Source: Candidatus Aenigmatarchaeota archaeon (lineage in GTDB: Archaea; Aenigmatarchaeota; Aenigmatarchaeia; CG10238-14; SCSR01). Taken from it: a DNA stretch of 14,419 bases. Positions 8,048 to 14,419 of this stretch are shown one piece after another. The number at the start of each line of letters is the position of its first letter. Position 1 is the first letter of the stretch. A program made the position numbers and the translations under genes. The stretch covers positions 62,297 through 76,715 of the forward strand of contig JAWBTW010000004.1 in the NCBI GenBank assembly GCA_039000165.1. The letters are read 5' to 3'. The notes beneath the pieces were generated by a model. That model was not told the origin of the DNA. It saw only the letters and a list, made by a program, of their open reading frames with translations, and searched no databases.

Positions 8048-8443
8048 ATGGCAGAAGAAAAGCCAATACCTATTAGGCCAATTATAAACGAGATTGTTAG
8101 AAGGTTGAACGAAAGTGAAAGAAGAATAAGGGATATGGAAATAAGAATGGAAAGAATTGAAACAACTCTTTCTACAATAGAAGAAAAGCTACTCAACCAA
8201 CTAAACGATTTAAAAATAGATGTAACAAAAGTTGGAAAGAAGCTTGAAAGTTTTGTTGAAAAAATTAATTTTTACGAAAGCGAGATTTTAAGGCTAAACA
8301 AGGAATTGACAAAAGCTGCAACTAAGGCTGATTTGAAAAAAGTTGAAACTTATGTTGAGATTTTAAACCCAGTAACTTCTAAGTTTGTCACGAGAGAGGA
8401 AATGGAAAGAGCTTTAGAAGAAATTAAGAAGAGGAAGTTTTAA
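8048..8443 (+). CDS. Uncharacterised coiled-coil protein, 131 aa
   Basis: Long heptad pattern (LNESERRIRDMEIRMERIETTLSTIEEKL...) and a C-terminal TKADL..YVEILNP..FVTREEM segment; no TM helix. Confidence 0.85.
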   Translation: MAEEKPIPIRPIINEIVRRLNESERRIRDMEIRMERIETTLSTIEEKLLNQLNDLKIDVTKVGKKLESFVEKINFYESEILRLNKELTKAATKADLKKVETYVEILNPVTSKFVTREEMERALEEIKKRKF

Positions 8444-8484
8444 GCTTATTATTTTAAAAAAACAAAAAATAATTTAGTGGTTTA

Positions 8485-9156
8485 ATGCCTGTCCCTTTAA
8501 CAAAAAAAGAAGAAGTTTTACCAAAACCTTCTGTTTTAAGTAGAATAGAGGAACTTTCTTCTCGTGGTTTGTCAGAAATTGAAATTATCGATACTTTGAG
8601 AAAAGAGGGTTACTCTCCTGACGAGATAGATAAAGGCTTGACAGAAGCTTTGAAGTTTAGCGCTACTCAACCAAAAGCTCCACCTCTACCAAAACCAAAA
8701 GAAGAACCGAAAAAGCTTCCTTCGCCACCAGAACCGCCAAAACTTCCAGCAAGCTTGCCTGCTCCTCTTGAGCTTCCTTCAGAACCTATGCCACAAATTC
8801 CTGAAATTTCTGTTCAGCAAGATTATTTTTATCCTGAATATACTACTGAAGAATATATCGACTACATGATAAAAGAAAAGACAGAAGAGCTTAACAGAAA
8901 AATAAGTGAGTTCATGCTTAAACAGAAGGAATTGGAAGCAAAAATTTTAAGCTTGCATGAAAAGTTGAGCGAAGTTTCTCAAACAAAAGTTACTGAACAG
9001 CAACTAATAGGGACAAAAATAGATTCTTTAAGGGAAATTATAGAGGAAATGAATATTAGGCTTGAAAGTTTGGAAAAAGCTTTTAAGGAAACCTTACCAG
9101 CTTTAATAGAAAGCATAAGAACTTTGAGTGAGCTGACACAAAAGCTTAAAGGCTAA
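8485..9156 (+). CDS. Uncharacterised protein: small helical N-domain, Pro/Glu-rich linker, C-terminal coiled coil, 223 aa
   Basis: N-domain RGLSEIEIIDTLRKEGYSPDEIDKGL (two G-x-S-x-x-E-I units), linker PKAPPLPKPKEEPKKLPSPPEPPKLP..., then heptads to the C-terminus. Confidence 0.85.
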   Translation: MPVPLTKKEEVLPKPSVLSRIEELSSRGLSEIEIIDTLRKEGYSPDEIDKGLTEALKFSATQPKAPPLPKPKEEPKKLPSPPEPPKLPASLPAPLELPSEPMPQIPEISVQQDYFYPEYTTEEYIDYMIKEKTEELNRKISEFMLKQKELEAKILSLHEKLSEVSQTKVTEQQLIGTKIDSLREIIEEMNIRLESLEKAFKETLPALIESIRTLSELTQKLKG

Positions 9157-9365
9157 ATTTTTAATCTTCTTAAAAGCTTATATTTTCCAGCTTTATTGAT
9201 ACAATCTTCCGCCAACTTAAGCAATGCGTTTGCGTTATTTTTAGTGGTATCATCTAAATTCTGAGCATAATCGCTAAACAATTTTTTTGCATACTCGCCC
9301 AAGATTTTTGCGATTTCTGTTTCTATTTTTTGCCCAAGAGCATAAGGGTTCTCTTCAAATACCAT
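9153..9365 (-). CDS. Hypothetical helical protein, 70 aa
   Basis: ATG preceded by the RBS AAGGTGGT (9378-9371) and a TATA-like box at 9409-9402; fills an otherwise empty gap; its stop overlaps the convergent gene's stop. Confidence 0.75.
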   Translation of the reverse strand: MVFEENPYALGQKIETEIAKILGEYAKKLFSDYAQNLDDTTKNNANALLKLAEDCINKAGKYKLLRRLKI

Positions 9366-9396
9366 CTTTTACCACCTTAAAGTAAATAATAAATAG

Positions 9397-9409
9397 AAAA
9401 GTATTTAAA
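9397..9409 (-). promoter_or_regulatory. TATA box TTTAAATA(CTTTT) for the 70-aa gene
   Basis: Matches the archaeal TATA consensus. A transcription start about 24 nt downstream (near 9378) would just include the RBS. The identical 13-mer occurs at 10163-10175. Confidence 0.6.
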
Positions 9410-9410
9410 C

Positions 9411-10088
9411 TTATATTCTATTTGCAAGCTTAATAGCGTTTAATTTTTTAATAATATCCTCTTCCTGTTTTCTAAGTTTTTCTATTTTTCTGATGTATGG
9501 TGTAAGGTCTTGACCAGGCTGTGCTTGTAGCATTTCCCATTGTACATCAGCTATTTTTGCTCTAATACCTTCCAGCTGCTTTTCCAGAGATTCTGTGCCT
9601 TTTTTGTATGTTTTATAAATGTTTGCCATTGTTCTTTGTCTTTGAAGAAAAGCGTATGGCTTAAAGATATAACCTAAAGAATAGAGTAAAGAACCTACTA
9701 TAAACATTAAAAGAACCATGGTATAACCCCAAACACCTGCAAGGCCAAGAGTTATTTGAACATAAACTAAGAAAATTTTGCTTGGTAAAGTCATAAAAGC
9801 CATCGCAAAAGCTATAACTATTTCAATAGCAGGAGTCCTCCAAAAAATCCTTAGTTGTCTAAGTAATCCTAACAACATCACATAAAGAGCTAAAAAAGGA
9901 ACTAAAAAGTTAAAAAGAAAGTTTCTTGGTTGTAACCATTCTGCTGGCAAACCAAAAACTTCCTTCCATAAATACTCAGCACTCCATTGAAAGAAATTGT
10001 ACACCTGATTTTCCTGATTTTCTTGAGCTTTTACTGAAAGAACTAAAGATAAGAAAATAAAAAACAAAACTAATAATTTTTTTTGCAT
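9411..10088 (-). CDS. Membrane protein, paralogous family member 1 (signal peptide, about 3 TM, C-terminal coiled coil)
   Basis: ATG 10088 preferred over TTG 10097: MQKKLLVLFFIFLSLVLSVKA|QE resembles a Sec/SPI signal. Family motif FNFLVPFLALYVMLLGLLRQLRIF...IEIVIAFAMAF; coiled-coil tail. Confidence 0.85.
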   Translation of the reverse strand: MQKKLLVLFFIFLSLVLSVKAQENQENQVYNFFQWSAEYLWKEVFGLPAEWLQPRNFLFNFLVPFLALYVMLLGLLRQLRIFWRTPAIEIVIAFAMAFMTLPSKIFLVYVQITLGLAGVWGYTMVLLMFIVGSLLYSLGYIFKPYAFLQRQRTMANIYKTYKKGTESLEKQLEGIRAKIADVQWEMLQAQPGQDLTPYIRKIEKLRKQEEDIIKKLNAIKLANRI

Positions 10089-10162
10089 TGCTATCAATTG
10101 TTATTTTATTTTTTTAAAAATAAAAGCATTCTTTAGAAAATTCTTCACTAATTTAATGAACA

Positions 10163-10175
10163 TTTAAATACTTTT
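10163..10175 (+). promoter_or_regulatory. TATA box TTTAAATA(CTTTT) for the leaderless gene at 10194
   Basis: TTTAAATA ends 24 nt before the ATG, with purine-rich AATGAACA just upstream (BRE-like); no RBS. Confidence 0.65.
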
Positions 10176-10193
10176 TTCTTAATTCTTTTTTTA

Positions 10194-10904
10194 ATGTCAG
10201 TCGTTGAAGAACTAACGAGATTGTTCGAAGAAATTTTTCAAAGGAGTGATTTAAGTTTCAATAAACCCACAGACTATGATTTATTTTTTATTCACAAGGT
10301 AATAAAAACTGAAGTAAACCCTCTTTTACCAACCTTTGGTTTGAAAGACATAAAATGGTTTTACGATAGAAGAGGAAAAGTTCATTTCATTGACCTTAAA
10401 CCAGAAAAAGAAGTTTGGAGGTATCTTACCACTTATTATGTGGATGAGAATTATACAACCTACTTCCAAAATTTAAGGAAAAAAGGCTATAAAATATTTG
10501 TTTATCCTAGGAGTTATTTTATAGAATTAGGAAAAGAAATAGCAAAAATAAAAAAAGAACTTCAAGAAAAAAATTTAGAACTTGACCTTTATTCTATACT
10601 AGGAACAAAAAGGGAAGATTATGAAAAGGGTGAAATAAAAGAAATACCTGGAGGTCCTAATACAGTATTATTGATGGGAATTAAGCGAAAAGAACCACTC
10701 CTTCTAGAAAGAAAAATTAAAGAAACTATAAAAATTGCAGAAAAAAATAATGAGTTTTCAAAAGAATACCTTAAAGCTCTAACTTCCACGTTACTTTGTG
10801 TTAGTGACGGTATTTTGGTTTCGGTTGATTTTTACAGAAAAGAAGAAAACTTGAAAAAAATTGTTGAAGATTTAACAAGATTGTGTGGAATAAAAAAAAT
10901 ATAA
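10194..10904 (+). CDS. Hypothetical soluble protein, 236 aa
   Basis: Long ORF with its own TATA box; Lys/Glu/Tyr-rich; no motif recognised. Confidence 0.8.
   Translation: MSVVEELTRLFEEIFQRSDLSFNKPTDYDLFFIHKVIKTEVNPLLPTFGLKDIKWFYDRRGKVHFIDLKPEKEVWRYLTTYYVDENYTTYFQNLRKKGYKIFVYPRSYFIELGKEIAKIKKELQEKNLELDLYSILGTKREDYEKGEIKEIPGGPNTVLLMGIKRKEPLLLERKIKETIKIAEKNNEFSKEYLKALTSTLLCVSDGILVSVDFYRKEENLKKIVEDLTRLCGIKKI
10203..10884 (+). repeat. Imperfect 22-bp direct repeat at both ends of the 236-aa gene (10203-10224 and 10863-10884)
   Basis: GTTGAAGAACTAACGAGATTGT vs GTTGAAGATTTAACAAGATTGT, 19/22 identical, in frame, 660 bp apart (VEELTRL / VEDLTRL). Confidence 0.6.
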
Positions 10905-10908
10905 ACAA

Positions 10909-11616
10909 TCACTTGCTTACTCTTCCCAAAATTTTCTTTTCCAACTGCATAACTCTTTGTGCAGCTGAAACCAATTCACCTTTATTAAAAAGCCTTTCTA
11001 TTTCTTCAATCTCTTTAAAATATGCCCTCTTAACTCTTTCCTCTATTGGCAAACCTTGAGCGATTTCATTCCATTTTCTCTTTATATCTTGGAACTTAGC
11101 AAAGGCTGCCTGAGCATTAATTATTTCCTCTTCTGCTCCTGTTATTCCTCTTTTCGCCTTTCTATATATATCAACAAAAACCGACATACTACTCAAAATA
11201 AAAATTGCTATAAAAAGTGTAAAAGCATAATTACCCAAGAACACTAAGGTCACGGCAACTGCAGCAGCAAAAACACCTGAGTAAGTCATACCTAGTGCTA
11301 CTCCAACCGGAATGATTAAAGAAGCAACTCTACTTTGGGTTTTAAAAGTAGGTGGAATAAACAAGTAAACTACAGCAGCTAGTACTATAAAAGGTACAAT
11401 AACATAAGGAATAATAGAATCAGGTGTTAGCAAAGGCTCTGGGAAACCTAACATTGTAAGAACTGTGCATACTTCTGGTCCAAATTCACAAGTCTTGCCC
11501 GCAAAGTGGGAGCTGATTATATAGTTAGCTTGTGACCAATAAAAAACAATCGAAACAATAAGATAAATAACAATAAAACCAATTATAATGTACTTTGTTA
11601 CATCCCACCATTCCAC
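10909..11616 (-). CDS. Membrane protein, paralogous family member 2 (N-terminal TM, about 3 further TM, C-terminal helical tail)
   Basis: GTG start with AGGGG RBS. LGFPEPLLTPDSIIPYVIVPF aligns with FGLPAEWLQPRNFLFNFLVPF of member 1. Loop Cys pair (CEFGPEVC); charged helical tail. Confidence 0.85.
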   Translation of the reverse strand: MEWWDVTKYIIIGFIVIYLIVSIVFYWSQANYIISSHFAGKTCEFGPEVCTVLTMLGFPEPLLTPDSIIPYVIVPFIVLAAVVYLFIPPTFKTQSRVASLIIPVGVALGMTYSGVFAAAVAVTLVFLGNYAFTLFIAIFILSSMSVFVDIYRKAKRGITGAEEEIINAQAAFAKFQDIKRKWNEIAQGLPIEERVKRAYFKEIEEIERLFNKGELVSAAQRVMQLEKKILGRVSK

Positions 11617-11708
11617 TTCTAACCCCTAATTAACTATTAGTTTTTTCAATTATAAATAATTTCCAACTCGGAAAAATTGAAATCCTTTTCTAACTATTAT
11701 TTAATCGA

Positions 11709-12383
11709 ATGAGTGTAGAAAAACTTGAAGAAGCAATAAGTAAATTTCGCATTCATATTTTTACCTTAATCAATGAACCAAGTTTTCTTCCTTATGCCTT
11801 AGGCAGCTTTTCTGAGTTTGGAGGGTATTTCCCCCAGCTTCAAAAAACAGAAGAATATAAAAAACTGGAAAGAATTTTAAAATCATTACAAACACCCATA
11901 AAAGGAAAAATTACTTACAAACTTCATTCTAAAGAAATGGCAAGCTATGCAGGAAAATTAGTTGCAGAAGCAAATCAAATAGTTGAAGGAATTAAAAAAA
12001 CTCAAAAACCTCCAGAAAAGCACAAAATTGAAAAAAAGGTTAGAGAACCTATATACGTAGAAATTCCTCCTTCCGGATGGGAAGAAGTTTTAAAACTTGC
12101 AAACAAGCTTTCAGATGCTATGTGGGGAATTGACGAGTATAAAATAAGGAAGATACTACCGATAGTTAGAAAACTTAAAGATGGATTAAGAAAAGTGGGC
12201 GATCCAGAAAATTTTATTGAAGAATTGGAAGAACTCACACAAGAACTTTACAGAAAAAAGGAAAGAGGAGGCTTAACAATTACTCAATTAAGACAAGTTG
12301 AACCTTCTTATGTTCCTACAGATGAAAAACTTAAAACATTACTAACTGAAATAAAAGAATACGCAGAATCGCAAATAAAATAA
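11709..12383 (+). CDS. Hypothetical soluble helical protein, 224 aa
   Basis: Two predicted helical halves joined by a Lys/Pro linker (KKTQKPPEKHKIEKK); no motif recognised. Confidence 0.8.
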   Translation: MSVEKLEEAISKFRIHIFTLINEPSFLPYALGSFSEFGGYFPQLQKTEEYKKLERILKSLQTPIKGKITYKLHSKEMASYAGKLVAEANQIVEGIKKTQKPPEKHKIEKKVREPIYVEIPPSGWEEVLKLANKLSDAMWGIDEYKIRKILPIVRKLKDGLRKVGDPENFIEELEELTQELYRKKERGGLTITQLRQVEPSYVPTDEKLKTLLTEIKEYAESQIK

Positions 12384-12435
12384 TTTGCCGTCAGTAAGTA
12401 ACAAATTATTTCTCCTTAACTAACAAAAATTAATT

Positions 12436-12924
12436 ATGAGTATTTTTGACTTTTTAGCTCAAGAATCTTTGCAAAACATTTTTTACAACTTTTTCCTTCC
12501 TTTTATAGTTATGTTTGCTATCCTTTTCGGGGCTTTGGAAGGAATAAGAATTTTCAACAGAAAAATTAACTTGATCCTTTCCTTAGCAATAACTTTTGCT
12601 GCAGCTTATGGTGGAGCTTTTTCATTTTTCTCTCAATACCTTTTGATTCTCGGCCCTTACACTGCTTTTGGAGCTTTTATCTTAGTTTTCTTTGTCGGTG
12701 CTTTAATCTGGGCCTTTGGAAGAGGAAAAGAAATCTATTATGAGAGTGCAGCTCCACACAAAAAACTAGAAAAAATAAACAAGGAAATAGAAAAGCTTTA
12801 TGAAAAGTATAGAAGAGAAAACAATCCAGAGAAAAAAAGAGCTATAGACAGGCAAATAATTGAGCTTGAGAGAATGAGAGAACATTTGAGAAGGGAAGTA
12901 GAATCAAGAAGTTTATATTCTTAA
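12436..12924 (+). CDS. Membrane protein, paralogous family member 3 (about 3 TM plus C-terminal coiled coil), 162 aa
   Basis: FYNFFLPFIVMFAILFGALEGIRIFNRKINLILSLAITF; tail KKLEKINKEIEKLYEKY...IDRQIIELERMREHL. Confidence 0.88.
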   Translation: MSIFDFLAQESLQNIFYNFFLPFIVMFAILFGALEGIRIFNRKINLILSLAITFAAAYGGAFSFFSQYLLILGPYTAFGAFILVFFVGALIWAFGRGKEIYYESAAPHKKLEKINKEIEKLYEKYRRENNPEKKRAIDRQIIELERMREHLRREVESRSLYS

Positions 12925-12942
12925 CAAAACAAATTTTAAATA

Positions 12943-13488
12943 ATGGCAGATTTGTTTACACCAATAATTGAACAGTTAGATAAATTGGGTTTTTTCAATT
13001 TTTTCTTTCCTTGGCTTGTGACTCTTGCTATAATGTACGCTATCTTACAGAAATCAAAAATCTTAGGAGAATCAGCTTTAATAAACGGTGTAGTAGCTTT
13101 AAGCATAGCTTTTCTTGTTTTTGCTTTTCCTGTTCTCTCTGGCTTTAGTTTTGCTCTTCCTTTAAGCACACTTTTCACCCAGACAACTTCTATTTTGCTG
13201 TTTTTCTTTGTTGGCTTTTTGCTAGCAAGTCTATTTTATCCAAACTTAACTCAATTCCTCATTCAACAATTCACCAGAAGAACAACTTTGTATGCGATGG
13301 TTGCTTTGGGTATAGCTTTGTTTATTACTAGCGGTTTAGTAGGAACTTTTTGGGCTCAGGCAACAAAACCACCTGAACCAGGTAAAGCTGCTTTGCCTTC
13401 TGATGTTATTTATTTGACAGTAGGCATAATATTATTTGTAGTGGTTTTGATAATAGCAGGCTCAATAGCAAGAGCAGGGGGAAGTTAA
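12943..13488 (+). CDS. Membrane protein, paralogous family member 4 (about 5 TM), 181 aa
   Basis: LGFFNFFFPWLVTLAIMYAILQKSKILGESALINGVVALSIAF; later motif LFITSG. Confidence 0.9.
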   Translation: MADLFTPIIEQLDKLGFFNFFFPWLVTLAIMYAILQKSKILGESALINGVVALSIAFLVFAFPVLSGFSFALPLSTLFTQTTSILLFFFVGFLLASLFYPNLTQFLIQQFTRRTTLYAMVALGIALFITSGLVGTFWAQATKPPEPGKAALPSDVIYLTVGIILFVVVLIIAGSIARAGGS

Positions 13489-14040
13489 ATGGCAGACCCT
13501 TTCACAACAGTAATTTTAAAACTGAAAGGAACAGGCTTTTTTGAGTTTGTGCTACCTTTCATGCTTACTTCTGCAATTTTCTATGGTTTGTTAAGAAAAT
13601 CACAAATATTTGGCGATCCTGACAAAAATATTGCTGTTAATGCTGTAGTTGCCTTAACAGCAGGTTTTATGGTTTGGGCTTATCCTATTCTTGCAGGAGT
13701 AAGCTTTATGGACAAGCTTCCTGTTTTTTTTGCTCAAGCAATGAGTGCAATGCTTGTTGTTCTAGTTGGTTTGCTAACAACAAGCATGTTTTTGCCTCCT
13801 GATTTACCAAGCAAGCTAGAAGCAAAATTGGGAGGTAGAGCTTTTGGTATAATTCTGATAGCAGGAATTTTGATAGGCGGAGGAATTTTGGTAGCTAGCG
13901 GTTTAATAAACATTTTCTTCCCTGCAGGAGGTTTAGAGATTACAGGACTTTCTGAAGACACTATTTTAACAATAGCCATAGTAATTCTCTTTTTCATAAC
14001 TATTCTTGTGATGGTTTGGGGTGGAGGAGGCAAAAAATAA
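13489..14040 (+). CDS. Membrane protein, paralogous family member 5 (about 5 TM), 183 aa
   Basis: MADPFT (cf. MADLFT of member 4); GFFEFVLPFMLTSAIFYGLLRKSQIFG...VNAVVALTAGF; LVASG; starts immediately after the upstream stop. Confidence 0.9.
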   Translation: MADPFTTVILKLKGTGFFEFVLPFMLTSAIFYGLLRKSQIFGDPDKNIAVNAVVALTAGFMVWAYPILAGVSFMDKLPVFFAQAMSAMLVVLVGLLTTSMFLPPDLPSKLEAKLGGRAFGIILIAGILIGGGILVASGLINIFFPAGGLEITGLSEDTILTIAIVILFFITILVMVWGGGGKK

Positions 14041-14419
14041 TGGACTATTATGGAATTACAGAATTTTTGAAGAACATAGGAGTTTTTGAGTTTTACTTGC
14101 CTTTTGTCATACTTTTTGGTTTGCTTTTTGGTTTGCTAGAAAAATCAAAAATAATTCCAGAAAGAAGGATAAACATAATAATAGCATTAGCCTCTGCTTT
14201 TTTTATAATGGCTTACACTCCTGCTGGCATAACTCTAACTCAATTCTTCTCAAACTTTTTCGCTAATGTTGCAGTTGTAATGGTTACTCTTCTTTCTTTT
14301 GTTATTATGTTATTTTTAGTTATTCCTGTAACTGGAAGGACAGAGTTTCCAAAAGCTTCCAAGTACATAGCTTTTTTAATTGGTTTGATTGTTATAGGTA
14401 TTTTCATAACTTCAGGTGG
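14040..14419 (+). CDS. Membrane protein, paralogous family member 6 (partial, runs off the window; not in ORF track)
   Basis: TAATG overlap with member 5 and a GGAGGAGG RBS-like sequence upstream. Manual translation: MDYYGITEFLKNIGVFEFYLPFVILFGLLFGLLEKSKIIPERRINIIIALASAFFIMAY...GIFITSG. Confidence 0.88.
   Translation, partial: MDYYGITEFLKNIGVFEFYLPFVILFGLLFGLLEKSKIIPERRINIIIALASAFFIMAYTPAGITLTQFFSNFFANVAVVMVTLLSFVIMLFLVIPVTGRTEFPKASKYIAFLIGLIVIGIFITSG

Noticed and set aside
8665..8810. Pro-rich stretch as a DNA tandem repeat or CRISPR-like array
   Set aside because: The recurring CCA/CCT/GAACC units are codon-level low complexity, with no regular repeat-spacer period.
8048..9365. ESCRT-III/CdvA or SMC identity for the coiled-coil proteins
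   Set aside because: Only generic heptad patterns; no diagnostic motif and no Vps4/CdvC or SMC head nearby.
8444..10130. Similar GCTT..TTTTAAAAAAA tracts upstream of the genes at 8485(+) and 10088(-)
   Set aside because: Plausible promoter elements, but too AT-rich and low-complexity to claim a shared motif.
11056..14033. ORFs 11056-11247(+), 12002-12238(-), 12936-13178(-) and 13734-14033(-)
   Set aside because: Antisense shadows of longer, better-supported genes.

Overview
A gene-dense, AT-rich window of archaeal type. TATA-box promoters, GGTG/GGAGG ribosome-binding sites, class III signal peptides and Lys/Glu-rich proteins suggest a DPANN-type lineage, but the taxonomy is inference only. 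Left half (1-8007): a type IV pilus-like locus made of two convergent gene runs. It holds a 749-aa TadA/FlaI/PilB-like secretion ATPase with an unusual Cys-rich N-terminal extension, a 636-aa two-domain TadC/FlaJ/PilC-like membrane platform, and seven prepilin-like proteins with (K)G/A-hydrophobic N-termini. These include a LamG-domain adhesin and two Flp-sized mini-pilins, one of which (44 aa, 3720-3854) is missing from the ORF track. Middle (8048-9365): two coiled-coil proteins transcribed divergently from the ATPase across only 40 bp, plus a 70-aa orphan. Right half (9411-14419): six divergent paralogues of one uncharacterised multi-pass membrane family (motif F/Y-x-x-x-P-F/W ... L-x-K-S-K-I ... 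I-N-x-x-x-A-L), interleaved with two soluble orphans; the sixth runs off the window. The main hypothesis (inference) is one envelope machine combining pilus, cytoplasmic scaffold and a heteromeric membrane complex, possibly for host attachment. No RNA genes, CRISPR array, mobile element or prepilin peptidase were recognised.
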